The position numbers and the translations under genes are program-made. This document shows, piece by piece, positions 17,780 through 27,090 of a stretch of DNA of 64,000 bases. The DNA is from an uncultured Actinomycetota bacterium (GTDB taxonomy: Bacteria; Actinomycetota; Actinomycetes; Propionibacteriales; Nocardioidaceae). Below the pieces are notes generated by a model. It was not told the origin of the DNA. It worked only from the letters and a program-made list of their open reading frames with translations, and ran no database searches. The stretch lies in assembly GCA_963723875.1 (NCBI GenBank), contig CAVRSN010000012.1:24673-88672 (forward strand), read 5' to 3'. The number at the start of each line of letters is the position of its first letter. The first letter of the stretch is position 1.

Positions 17780-19270
17780 TCAGAAGCGGCGGGAGCCGCC
17801 GGAGCGGCGGGAGGAGCGGCTGGAGCTGCCGCCGCCGAAAGAGCTCCGCGAGCCGGAGCTGCCGGAGAACCGGCGGCCGCCACCGCTCGACCCCGAGCCG
17901 CCGGACCCGCCCGAGCCGCCGTCGTTCTCCCACACGAACTGGATACCTCCCCAACCGGGCTCGTCGGGCCGTGACATCGCCGGCGAGGGTGCGAACCGGA
18001 TCCGCTGCACGCTCTGGTCGGCGAAGGCGTGCCGCTGCCAGTAGCCGTTGACGTAGGGGCGCGTGTAGCGGTCCCACTGCCAGTACGGCTTGACCACGCC
18101 CCTCAGGCTGAACGTCCTCGGCACGGGCTTCCGGCCGACGTCGACCTCCTCGGCGCACCCCGCGCAGACAGGCACCTGGCGCTCCAGGCCGAACTCCGGC
18201 GTGAACGGCCGCTCGGCGACGCTCGGGCCGTGTCGAGGGTCGAAGAAGCACGGCGCGGACCGCTGCGGCACCGGCTGGCCCCGGCGGAGGGCGTCGATCG
18301 CGACCAGCTCGAACCGCGCGTCCGCGAGCCGGCGTACGACGTCCTCGACCTCGTCGGGGGTGTCCATCGGGGACTGGCCGTCGCCATCGTCCGTGCCAGC
18401 GTCGAGCCGGTGCCGGGCCTCCTCGACCAGGTCGAGCACGTGGCGGGTGCGGTTGTTGAGCTCGTCGTGGCCGGCCGGGACCGGGGGCAGGGCCGCGACG
18501 GTCGCCGACAGCTCGACGACCTCCTCCTGGAGCGAGGGGCGCAGCGCGTCCGCCACCTGGGCGTCCTCGATCTTGCGCCGGCGCCGGCGGCGGAGCCGCT
18601 TTCCGCCGACGACCAGCGCAATCACGACGGCGATGCCGGCGACCACCCAGCCGACGATCGGCCACGGGTTGGTCTCCTCATCCCCGGCGTTCTCCAAGAA
18701 GGTGTCCAGCATCGAGGTGTAGTCGGGGGCGCAGCAGTCGACGGCCGCGTTCAACGCCTCCTCGACGTCGTAGAACGGTCGCTCCTCGGAGAACTGGTAC
18801 GCCGTGAACGACCGCCCGTGGAACGACGAGGACGCGTCGACGAGCACCGCGTAGGTGCCGTCGACGCCCACCCGGTCGTAGAGCTGGCCGGGCAGCTCGT
18901 CGTCGGCGTACGAGATGTCGTTGCTGTACGCCGCGTCGGGATCGCTCGGGTCGAACTCGCGCAGGGCCTCGGCCGGCACCACGAGCACGCGGACCGGCCC
19001 GGCCGTCCTCGCAGCGAGGGCGTCGAGCCGCTCCGCGTCGGTGGGGCTGATCCCGGTCACGCCAGGGTCGACGTAGACGCCCGGGTCGGCGAGCTCGGTC
19101 GCCACCTGGTCGAAGTAGGCGTCGGCCCGGCTGGTGTCCGGGGTGTCGTAGCCGTAGTCGTAGCCGTCGCCCGGGGCCTCGTCGGTGCCGGAGTTCTGGG
19201 CCATGGCCCAGAAAAGGAAGATGACGCCGAGGAAGAGGAACGGCACCACCTTGGCCAGGTTGATCCTCAC
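17780..19270 (-). CDS. TPM-like membrane protein with a cytoplasmic coiled-coil, a CHCC motif and a Gly/Ser/Arg tail (paralogue B)
   Basis: GTG 19270 overlaps the stop of the upstream paralogue (GTGA). N-terminal TM INLAKVVPFLFLGVIFLFWAMA, then a TPM-like ectodomain, a second TM followed by RRRRRK, and the motif PCFFDPRHG...VPVCAGC. The tail is GGSGGSGGSGSSGGGRRFSGSSGSRSS. The 997-aa track ORF is a read-through artefact. Confidence 0.6.
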   Translation of the reverse strand: MRINLAKVVPFLFLGVIFLFWAMAQNSGTDEAPGDGYDYGYDTPDTSRADAYFDQVATELADPGVYVDPGVTGISPTDAERLDALAARTAGPVRVLVVPAEALREFDPSDPDAAYSNDISYADDELPGQLYDRVGVDGTYAVLVDASSSFHGRSFTAYQFSEERPFYDVEEALNAAVDCCAPDYTSMLDTFLENAGDEETNPWPIVGWVVAGIAVVIALVVGGKRLRRRRRRKIEDAQVADALRPSLQEEVVELSATVAALPPVPAGHDELNNRTRHVLDLVEEARHRLDAGTDDGDGQSPMDTPDEVEDVVRRLADARFELVAIDALRRGQPVPQRSAPCFFDPRHGPSVAERPFTPEFGLERQVPVCAGCAEEVDVGRKPVPRTFSLRGVVKPYWQWDRYTRPYVNGYWQRHAFADQSVQRIRFAPSPAMSRPDEPGWGGIQFVWENDGGSGGSGGSGSSGGGRRFSGSSGSRSSFGGGSSSRSSRRSGGSRRF

Positions 19271-20364
19271 TGGTCGACCCCCACAGCGCCCCCGTTCGTC
19301 AGCCGGTCGAAGCAGCCCCGACAGACCGGGACCGGTCGGAGCGTGCCCCCGGGCGGCGCCCACGACACATCCGCGACCGAGACGCCGTGCGCGGGGTCGA
19401 CGAAGCAGGGCAGCGCTCGCGGCGGCGGTTCCGCCTTGGCGAGCAGCGCTTCCGCGCAGGCAAGCTGCCAGCGTGCGTACTCGGTGACCTCGGCGAGCTG
19501 CCGCAGCTCGTCGTCGGTGGTGAGCCCGTCCACTCGCCTGGACGCGTCGGCGTACGCGTCGAGCGCGGCCTGCACGTGCGCGGCGACCGCGGGCTCGGTG
19601 AGCGGCGGGTCGGCCGCGTCGAGCTCCTCGCCCAGTCGGGTCACGTCCTCGCGGGCCAGTGCTGCCCGGTTCTCGACCGTGTCCTGCTGGTCGCCGTACG
19701 TCGGGAAGCTCGGCCGGTAGTCGGCCGGGCCGGCCCACGTCTCGCCGGACGGGCGTCGTCGCGGCCGCCGGCGCCAGCGCAGCCAGCCGAGGATCATGGT
19801 CGCGGCCGCCGCGGCGCCGACGAGCAGGGCCACGACCACAGACACGGCGGAGACGCCGCCGCGGTCCGGGGCGCCGAGCTCGTCCAGGGTGCCGTCGAGG
19901 ATCTGGTCGACCTGGCCGAGCGTGTGGTCCTGTACCTGCTCGGCCACGATCCGGCCGACCTCGAGTGCACCCGGGGCGTCGCCGTACCCGGCCGCGTAGG
20001 TGCCGGCACCGCTGAGGTTGACGACGTAGATGCCGTCGACGCGACCCATGCCGTCGTACAGCGCGTCGAGCAGCGCCGAGGCCTCGTCCACGTCGGCGCC
20101 CTCGCCCTGCCGGATCGCCTTCGCCGGGAGCACCGCCAGGAGGACGTCGTCGCGCCAGCCGGTGATGCGGTCGCGCAGCGCCTCGGCGTCGTCGCCGCCC
20201 AGCGCGCCACTCTCCGGGCTGACGTAGACCGGGTTGCCGCCCTGCCACGCGGCCACCGTCGCGTCGACGTACGACGCCTCGTCCGACGCCACGGCCGGGG
20301 CGGCGACCACGGCTGGGGCGGCGACCAGGAGAAGGGCCCAGAGGGCGGACAGCACGCGGACCAC
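19267..20364 (-). CDS. TPM-like membrane protein with a CHCC motif (paralogue A)
   Basis: Signal peptide VRVLSALWALLLVAAPAVVAAPAVA, an ectodomain, a TM followed by WRRRPRRR, and the motif PCFVDPAHG...VPVCRGC. Confidence 0.6.
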   Translation of the reverse strand: MVRVLSALWALLLVAAPAVVAAPAVASDEASYVDATVAAWQGGNPVYVSPESGALGGDDAEALRDRITGWRDDVLLAVLPAKAIRQGEGADVDEASALLDALYDGMGRVDGIYVVNLSGAGTYAAGYGDAPGALEVGRIVAEQVQDHTLGQVDQILDGTLDELGAPDRGGVSAVSVVVALLVGAAAAATMILGWLRWRRRPRRRPSGETWAGPADYRPSFPTYGDQQDTVENRAALAREDVTRLGEELDAADPPLTEPAVAAHVQAALDAYADASRRVDGLTTDDELRQLAEVTEYARWQLACAEALLAKAEPPPRALPCFVDPAHGVSVADVSWAPPGGTLRPVPVCRGCFDRLTNGGAVGVDQ

Positions 20365-20395
20365 GCGCTGTTCCTACCGCATAGCGTTGCTGACC

Positions 20396-21415
20396 ATGCA
20401 CCTGAGGACTCGTCTGGAGCGGGCGGGGCTCTCCGCGGCCATGGCGCTGCCGGAGCCCGCGCAGCGCCTGCTGGCCGGGCGCCCGGTCCGCATCGACGGC
20501 AACACGCTGGCCACGGACTGCCAGTTGATGCTCAAGCTGCAGCGGCTGGGACGGCTGCCGGGCGCCGAGGAGCTGCCGGTCGAGGAGGGTCGCGAGGTGC
20601 TGCGCCACACCTCGGCGCACACGGCCGGTGACCAGCCGATCGGTTCGGTGCGGTCCCTGCGCGTCGCGGACCTGCCGGCCCGGCTCTACCTGCCCGAGGA
20701 CGCGCCGCGGGTGGGTCCACTGCTGGTCTACTTCCACGGCGGGGGTTTCTGGTGCGGCGATCTCGACAGTCACGACGCCACCTGCCGGTTGCTCTCTGAG
20801 CAGGCGGGCGTGCGGGTGCTGTCAGTGGCCTACCGGCTCGCCCCGGAGCACCCGTTCCCGGCGGCGCCCGACGACGCCGCCGCGGCGTACGCGTGGACCG
20901 TGGAGCATGCCGCCGAGCTGGGCGCCGACCCCGCCCGGCTCGGCGTCGGCGGTGACTCGGCCGGCGGCAACCTGGCGGCGGGCGTCGCGATCGAGGCTGC
21001 CCGGCACGGGTGGCCCTGTGCGGTGCAGCTGCTCGTCTACCCGGCCACCCAGGCCCGGCGCGAGACCCGGAGCGCGGAGCTGTTCGCGCAGGGCTTCTAC
21101 CTGACCCGCGGCTTCATGGACCGGGCCGACGAGCTGTATGCCACCGGCGTCCCCGCCGACGATCCCCGGCTCTCGCCGCTCCAGGCCGAGCTGCCCGACG
21201 GACTGGCTCCCGCGCTCGTCTACACCGCGGGGTTCGATCCTCTGCGCGACGAGGGAGAGGCGTACGCCGACCGGCTCAGCGCGGCCGGGGTCGAGGTCGA
21301 CCTCACCCGCTTCGACGACCAGTTCCACGGCTTCGTCAACGTCGTGGGCGTCGGCCGCTCGTCGCGGGCCGCGAACGTCCGGATCGCCCGCGCCCTGGGT
21401 TCCGCGCTGTCGTGA
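20396..21415 (+). CDS. Alpha/beta hydrolase, hormone-sensitive-lipase-type esterase
   Basis: The oxyanion motif HGGGFWCGD and the nucleophile elbow GDSAGGNLAA are present. Confidence 0.85.
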   Translation: MHLRTRLERAGLSAAMALPEPAQRLLAGRPVRIDGNTLATDCQLMLKLQRLGRLPGAEELPVEEGREVLRHTSAHTAGDQPIGSVRSLRVADLPARLYLPEDAPRVGPLLVYFHGGGFWCGDLDSHDATCRLLSEQAGVRVLSVAYRLAPEHPFPAAPDDAAAAYAWTVEHAAELGADPARLGVGGDSAGGNLAAGVAIEAARHGWPCAVQLLVYPATQARRETRSAELFAQGFYLTRGFMDRADELYATGVPADDPRLSPLQAELPDGLAPALVYTAGFDPLRDEGEAYADRLSAAGVEVDLTRFDDQFHGFVNVVGVGRSSRAANVRIARALGSALS

Positions 21416-22131
21416 AGGTGGTCGTGAAGCAGACCGCTGCTCGCGGCTACTCTCGGCGGGTGCGCCGGATCCCCTCCCTCGTCATCGTCGTACTGCTCGC
21501 GTCGGTGGTGTTCAGTCCGTCCGCCGTGGCCATTGCGCCGGATCCAACCGGGTCCGCGGAGCGGGCCAACCCGCGGGCGCTGTTCTTCGGTGACTCCTAC
21601 TTCGTCGGCGGTGGCTGCAGCCCGGACGCGAAGCAGGGGATGGCCTACCTGGCAGGCACCGAGCTGGGCTACCGGACGACCGTCCGGGGCGCCGGCGGGA
21701 CCGGCTTCGTCGCCGCCAACCCCGAGTACTCCATCCCGCCGTACCTTGCGCAGATCCGCGACGGCGCCCTCGACCTGCGCAACCCGAAGCTCGTGGTGAT
21801 CGCCGGCGGCTCGAACGATCTGGGGCGGCCGGTCGGGCAGGTGAGGAAGAACGCCCGGAAGGTCCTCCGCATCGCTTCCGACAAATACCCGCGCGCGCTG
21901 CTGGTCCTGGTCGGGCCGATGGACTCGTACGGCGGCTACGCCGACAGCATCCCGATCCGCGACGCGCTGCGTGGGGTCGCGAAGCGGCTCGACGTGCCGT
22001 TCATCGACGACATGACCTGGCTCGCCGGCCACCCCGAGTGGCTGTGCGACGACTACGTGCACCCGACGTACGCCGGCCAGGTGCCCCTCGGGCAACGGCT
22101 CGCGAAGGCGCTCAGGAAGCACGGCGCCTGA
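21412..22131 (+). CDS. SGNH/GDSL hydrolase (secreted)
   Basis: Motifs FFGDSYFVGGG, GGSND and DDYVHPT. The N-terminus is hydrophobic. The GTG start overlaps the upstream stop; alternative GTGs lie at 21418 and 21424. Confidence 0.75.
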   Translation: MKVVVKQTAARGYSRRVRRIPSLVIVVLLASVVFSPSAVAIAPDPTGSAERANPRALFFGDSYFVGGGCSPDAKQGMAYLAGTELGYRTTVRGAGGTGFVAANPEYSIPPYLAQIRDGALDLRNPKLVVIAGGSNDLGRPVGQVRKNARKVLRIASDKYPRALLVLVGPMDSYGGYADSIPIRDALRGVAKRLDVPFIDDMTWLAGHPEWLCDDYVHPTYAGQVPLGQRLAKALRKHGA

Positions 22132-22154
22132 CGCACCCGTCCTACAGTTGCGGT

Positions 22155-22913
22155 GTGGCACGCCTGGTGAGAGCGCTGGCCGCGCTCTCTGCGGCGCCCC
22201 TGCTCCTGGTCCTCGTGGGCTGTGGCGCGGGCGGGAACGGCACCACGCAGGCGAGCCCGGTCAGCGAGACCACCCCCACCCGGGACGCACCTCCCGCGCC
22301 GAGCGCTCGGGCGACCCCGCCGGGACGGTCCGTGCCCGGGCGGGCTTCGGCGCCGACCACCTCGCTGTTCTTCGGCGACTCCTACATCGTCGGAGGCGGC
22401 TACACCGGCCCGGACAACTCCATGGCCGCGGTCGCCGCCCGCCGGCTCGGCTGGAGCTACGAGATCCGCGGGGGCGGCGGCACCGGATTCGTGTCCGGCA
22501 ACGCGGACTACGACATCCCGCACTTCCTCGGTCAGATCCGCAACGGCGCACTCGACGTCGGCCCGGTGGACTGGCTGGTGATCGAGGGCGGCGGCAACGA
22601 CGTGAACGATGCCCCGGGGCTGGTCACAAGACGTGCGGTCAGGACGCTCAAGGCGGCGGCCGAGCGGCACCCGGAGGCCCGGCTGGTGCTGGTCGGGACG
22701 ATGGACCCGACCGTGGACAGCTTCGCCGACACCGACGGTGTCATCGGTGCGCTGGAGGCCGCCGCGGCCCGGGTCGGCGTGCCCTACGTCAACGCGCAGC
22801 ACTGGCTGGAGGGCAGGCCGGCGCTGATCGGCCCGGACTACGACCACCCGACGCCGGCGGGACACCGCGTCTGCGGTCGCAAGCTGGCCAAGGCGTTGCG
22901 CGCGCTGGGTTGA
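22155..22913 (+). CDS. SGNH/GDSL hydrolase lipoprotein (paralogue of 21412..22131)
   Basis: Lipobox LVLVGCGAG, a Pro/Thr/Ala linker, and motifs FFGDSYIVGGG, GGGND and PDYDHPT. Confidence 0.75.
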   Translation: MARLVRALAALSAAPLLLVLVGCGAGGNGTTQASPVSETTPTRDAPPAPSARATPPGRSVPGRASAPTTSLFFGDSYIVGGGYTGPDNSMAAVAARRLGWSYEIRGGGGTGFVSGNADYDIPHFLGQIRNGALDVGPVDWLVIEGGGNDVNDAPGLVTRRAVRTLKAAAERHPEARLVLVGTMDPTVDSFADTDGVIGALEAAAARVGVPYVNAQHWLEGRPALIGPDYDHPTPAGHRVCGRKLAKALRALG

Positions 22914-23009
22914 TTCGGGACATCTGCCGGTTGAGTCCGGACTTCTGCCGGTTGAGTCGTGACAAGGAACCAGCAGAACTCCCGATTCGAGCGGCAGAAG
23001 TCCCGAATC
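22912..23009. terminator. Composite repeat/hairpin between convergent genes
   Basis: An 18-bp inverted repeat, GATTCGGGACATCTGCCG (22912..22929) and CGGCAGAAGTCCCGAATC (22992..23009). Inside it is a 21-bp tandem duplication (TCTGCCGGTTGAGTC at 22923 and 22944). Confidence 0.6.
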
Positions 23010-23013
23010 AACG

Positions 23014-26000
23014 TCAGCTGCGGGCTTCGGCCTCTTCCAGTTCGAGGAGCCGCTCCCGCGCCTCGGTGAGCTCCTCGGCCAGCCGGGCCGCGGCGCGCTC
23101 GGCCGAGGCCCGCGCGGAGATCGCCTCGGCGGCAGCCTCCTCGGCGGCGATGCGGGCGTCGATCGCCTCGCGCAGCGCCTCGTCGTGCTCCTCGGCGGCG
23201 ACCTGAAGGTTGGCCAGGGCCTCGGCGGTCCGCCACTCGGCGGTGGCTCGCTCCTTGCCGGCCCGGGTGGCCCGCTCGGCCTGCGCCTTCGCGGTCTCCT
23301 CGGCGGTACGGCGCGCCTCCTGGGCCGTGAGCGCGGCGGCCTCGGCCTCGGTGCGGGCCTGGTGCGCCTCGGTCGCGGACTCGGCGTGCGCCCGAGCGGT
23401 CTCTTCGGCCGCCGTACGCGCGACGTGGGCGGCGCGGGCCAGCTCGGCGTGCTCATCGGCGGCGCGATGCGCGGTCTCCTCGGCGGCCGCCGCGGCGACC
23501 GTGAGCGCGTGCTGGTCGAGGGTGCGCCGCTCCGCCTCCTCGCGCAGCCTCTCCGCCTCCTCGGCCTTGGCGGTGGCCTCCTCGGCGAGCTGCTCGGCGG
23601 CGGTGCGGTTCTCGTGGGCCTCGGCGGCTTCCGCGATGTGCTCGCGCGCGGTGGCCTCGGCGGCCTCCCTGGCCCGTTGCGCCGTCTCCGCGGCGCGCTC
23701 TGCGGCGGCGCGCGCGTCGTTTGCTGCAGAGGCCTCGGCCAGCTGGGCGGCGGCGAGCTCCTCGGCGGTGGTCCGGTCGGCGTGCGCGGTCGCCGCCTCC
23801 GTCGCCCGCGCCTCGGCGGCCTCGTGCGCGGCCCGCTCGGCCTCAGCGGCGCGCCGCGCGGCCTCGGCGGAGGCCGTGCTCGCCTCCTCGGCGACGGTGC
23901 GCTCGGCGTGCGCGGCCTCGGCGTCTGAGGCCTGCATGGTCGCGACCTGCTCGGCGGCGGCGCGCTCGGCGACCGCGGCCCGCGCGGCCTCGGCCTGCTG
24001 GCGTGCGGCCTCCTCGGCGGCTCGGCGTGCTTCGAACGCCGTCTGCGCGGCGGCCTCGGCCTCGACCCGCGCTTCGTGCGCCAGCCGCGCGGCCTCGGCG
24101 TGCTGGGCCGCGACGTCGTCGGCCTCGGCCCGCGCGTCGTGCGCCACCCGGGCGGCGTCGGCCTGGGCACCGGCGGCCTCGTGCGCGGCCAGCTCGGCGG
24201 CCGCGGCCTGTCCGGCGAGCGTGCCCTGCTGGGCCGCGACCTGCTCGGCCTCGGCGCGCTGGGTGTGTGCCTCGTCGGCGGCGCGCTCGGCCAGGAGGCG
24301 TGCCTCGTGGGCCTGCCGCGCCAGCTCGGTCTGCTCGGTGGCCGAGCCCTCCGCGGTGGTGCGGGCCTCATGGGCGGCTCGGGCAAGCTCCTCGGCCTCG
24401 GCCTGGGCCTCGTGCGCAAGGCGGGCGGCCTCTGCCTGCACGGCCGTCGCCTGCTCGGCCGCGGCCCTGGCGTCATGGGCGGCCCGGGCCGCGGTGGCGT
24501 GCTCGGTGGCGTTCTCGTGGGCGGCGAGCTCGGCCTCGGCCGCTGCGGCCGCGGCGGCGCCTTGGGCGGCTGCGGCCTCTTCGGCCGCCAGCCGTGCTGA
24601 GTGCGCCTCGTCGGCGGCGCGCTCGGAGGCCAGCCGCGCCTCGTGTGCCTCGCGCGCCAGCTCGACCTGCTCGGCCGCGGCGACCTCGGCGGCGGCCCGC
24701 ACCACCTGGGCGGACTGGGCGATGTCTTCGGCGGTGGCCCGCCCCTCGTGCGCGAGCCGGGCCTGCCAGGCCTGCTCGGCGGCGGACTGCTCGGCCGCCT
24801 GGCGGGCGGCGTGCGCCTCGGTGGCCTCGGTGGCTTGCGCCTCGGCGATCTCGTGCGCGGCCTGCGCCGCGGCTCCGGCCTGCTCGGTCAGCGCTGCCTG
24901 CTCGCTCGCGGCCTGCTCGGCCTGCACGCGGGCGCTCTGGGCCTGCTCACCGGCCTCGGCCGCCTCGAGCGCCGCCTGCTCGGCCGCGGCGCGGGCCTGC
25001 TGCGCCTCCTCGGCGAGCCTGGCGTGCTCGGCTGCCGCCTGCTCAGCACTCGTCCGCGACTCGTGCGCCTCACGCGCCAGGTCTTCCGCAGCAGTCCGTG
25101 CCGCGTGGGCCGTGCGGGCGGCCTCGGCGTGCTCGGCGGAGCGGATCTGGGCCTCGGCGTGGGCGGCCTGCGCGGCTTCCGCTTCCGCGGCCCGGCCCTG
25201 TGCGGCCTCGTGGGCGGCGTGCTCTGCAGCTGCGGCCTGGCCGGCCGCGGCGGCGTGCTCGAGCGCGGCCTGCTCGGCGGCGAACCGCGCGGTCTGGGAC
25301 TGGTCCGCGGCCTGCTCGGCGGCCAGCCGCGCCTCGTGCGACTGCCGGGCCTGCTCCGCCTGTTCGGCGGCGGATTCCTCGGCGGCGGCGCGCAGCGCCT
25401 GGGCGGACAACGCGATGTCGTCGGCGGTGGCCCGGCCCTCGTGGGCGGTCCGCGCCTGCCAGGCCTGCTCGGCGGCGGCCTCCTCAGCGGCCTGACGGGC
25501 GGTATGCGCCTCGGCTGCCTCGGTGGCCCGCGCCTCGGCAGCCTCGTGGGCGAGCCGCTCGGCCTCGGCGGCATCTGCGGCCCGACCAGTGTGCTCGCGG
25601 GCCAGCTCTTCGGCGGTGGCCCTGGCCCGGGCGGCCGCGTCCGCTGCCGTCTCGGCACGGGTGCGCCCGGCGTAGGCGTCCTGGGCCAGCGATGCGTGCT
25701 CCGCCGCGGCCTCGTCTGCGACAGTCCGGGCCTCGTGGGCGGCTCGCGCGAGCTCCTCCGCGACCGACCGCGACTCGTGTGCGATGCGGGCCAGCTCGGC
25801 GTGCTCGGCGGCCCGCGTCTCCGCCTCCTCCCGGGCGGACTGGGCCCGCTCGGCCTCCTCGGCGCGCTCCCTGGCCGCCTCGTGGGCCGCATGTTCAGAA
25901 GCCGCGGCTTGGCTCGCGAGCTGGCCGTGCTCGCGGGCGGCCTCCTCGGCCTCGGTTCGGGCGGCATGGGAGGCCTCGGCGGCGACCCGCGCCTCCTCGG

Positions 26001-27090
26001 CGACGCGCTCGGCCAGGGCCACCGCGTCGCGGGCACTGGCCTCGGCGCGGGCGATCGTTGCCCGCGCGCGCTGCTCGGCCTCGGTGACCACGGCCCGGGC
26101 CGTCTCCTCCGCGGAGGCGACCAGGTCGCGGGCGCTCTCCTCGGCCGCCAGCCGAGCCTCGTGCGCCAGCTGGGCGTGCTCGGCGTGCCTGGTGGCTGCC
26201 TCGTCGGCGATCTGCCTGGCCTCGGCGTGCTCCGCGGCCGCGCGTTCGGCCTCTGCACGCAGCCCGGCCTGCTCGCGGGCCGCGGCCTCGGCGCGTTCCC
26301 GCGTCAGTGTCGCGATCTGGGTCTCCTCGAGCGCCTGTGCCCGGACCGTCTCCAGTTCCTGGGCGAGGGCGGTCAGCCGCGCCTCGGCCTCACCGCGCTC
26401 GCGGTGCGCCTGGGCGGCACTCGACGCGTGCTGGCGAGCCTGCTCGTCCGCCTCTGCGCGGGCCGCCAGCGCGGCCGTGGCCGCCTCGTGCTGGGCCTGG
26501 GCCTGTCCCTCGGCCTCGGCGCGGGCGGCGTTCGCCTCCGCCGTCGCCTCTGTCTGCTGCCTCGCGACCTGCTCGGCGGCGTACCGCGCCCGGGCCTGGG
26601 CCTCCGCCTGCTGCTCGGCCTGCGTGCGCTCCATCGCAGCGGCCTCGGCCGCTCGCGCCTGCTCGAGCGCGGCCTGCTCGGCGAGCTGGCGCTCGCGGCT
26701 GCTCGCCAGGGCGGCTTCCTCGGCGGTACGACGGCCCTCGGTGAGCTCGGCGGTCGCGCGCTCCGCGGCGGTCCTGGCTTCGTACGCCTCTTGTGCCGCG
26801 GCGGCGTGCAGGGTGGCCAGCTCCTCGGCCCGCTGCTGGGCCTCGGCGGCGCGCTGAGCGGCCTCCTCCGCGGCCAGTCGCTCGGTGGCCTGCAGGGCGC
26901 CGGCCTCCTCGGCGATCCGGCGCAGGTGGGCCGAACGCTCGGCGGAGCGGGCATGCTCGAGCAGCCGCGCCTGCACCGACTCGACATCGGGAAGCTCGGG
27001 GCTCACAACGTCGTCGGCGTCTGGAGCCTCGGGAATCTCGTCGGGTGGGGCGGTCGGCGCGGTCGATTGGGGGTCGGCCGCTCGCTTCAT
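23014..27090 (-). CDS. Giant Ala/Glu/Arg/His-rich coiled-coil protein (1358 aa)
   Basis: Start MKRAADPQSTAPTAPPDEIPEAPDADD with no signal peptide. More than 1200 aa of low-complexity helical quasi-repeats follow (AAEQA, AHEAR, AEHAEA). The track ORF extends to 27399, but that extension is Arg/Gly junk. Confidence 0.7.
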   Translation of the reverse strand: MKRAADPQSTAPTAPPDEIPEAPDADDVVSPELPDVESVQARLLEHARSAERSAHLRRIAEEAGALQATERLAAEEAAQRAAEAQQRAEELATLHAAAAQEAYEARTAAERATAELTEGRRTAEEAALASSRERQLAEQAALEQARAAEAAAMERTQAEQQAEAQARARYAAEQVARQQTEATAEANAARAEAEGQAQAQHEAATAALAARAEADEQARQHASSAAQAHRERGEAEARLTALAQELETVRAQALEETQIATLTRERAEAAAREQAGLRAEAERAAAEHAEARQIADEAATRHAEHAQLAHEARLAAEESARDLVASAEETARAVVTEAEQRARATIARAEASARDAVALAERVAEEARVAAEASHAARTEAEEAAREHGQLASQAAASEHAAHEAARERAEEAERAQSAREEAETRAAEHAELARIAHESRSVAEELARAAHEARTVADEAAAEHASLAQDAYAGRTRAETAADAAARARATAEELAREHTGRAADAAEAERLAHEAAEARATEAAEAHTARQAAEEAAAEQAWQARTAHEGRATADDIALSAQALRAAAEESAAEQAEQARQSHEARLAAEQAADQSQTARFAAEQAALEHAAAAGQAAAAEHAAHEAAQGRAAEAEAAQAAHAEAQIRSAEHAEAARTAHAARTAAEDLAREAHESRTSAEQAAAEHARLAEEAQQARAAAEQAALEAAEAGEQAQSARVQAEQAASEQAALTEQAGAAAQAAHEIAEAQATEATEAHAARQAAEQSAAEQAWQARLAHEGRATAEDIAQSAQVVRAAAEVAAAEQVELAREAHEARLASERAADEAHSARLAAEEAAAAQGAAAAAAAEAELAAHENATEHATAARAAHDARAAAEQATAVQAEAARLAHEAQAEAEELARAAHEARTTAEGSATEQTELARQAHEARLLAERAADEAHTQRAEAEQVAAQQGTLAGQAAAAELAAHEAAGAQADAARVAHDARAEADDVAAQHAEAARLAHEARVEAEAAAQTAFEARRAAEEAARQQAEAARAAVAERAAAEQVATMQASDAEAAHAERTVAEEASTASAEAARRAAEAERAAHEAAEARATEAATAHADRTTAEELAAAQLAEASAANDARAAAERAAETAQRAREAAEATAREHIAEAAEAHENRTAAEQLAEEATAKAEEAERLREEAERRTLDQHALTVAAAAAEETAHRAADEHAELARAAHVARTAAEETARAHAESATEAHQARTEAEAAALTAQEARRTAEETAKAQAERATRAGKERATAEWRTAEALANLQVAAEEHDEALREAIDARIAAEEAAAEAISARASAERAAARLAEELTEARERLLELEEAEARS

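Noticed and set aside
17780-20773. A single 997-aa ORF spanning both TPM-like genes and beyond
   Set aside because: The upstream two-thirds in this frame is Arg/Gly/Pro-rich nonsense. A separate frame (19267..20364) encodes a clean paralogue whose stop overlaps a GTG that starts a proper signal/TM sequence at 19270.
23014-27090. A strict 11-residue (hendecad) periodicity in the giant coiled-coil, considered because 231 = 21 x 11
   Set aside because: I counted the spacing of large hydrophobic residues (W, L, I, F, V) across one 231-aa unit. The intervals are mostly 7, 14 and 21 with irregular ones in between. AAEQA motifs recur at 16 and 14 residues, not 11. I therefore make no hendecad or Scy-type repeat claim.
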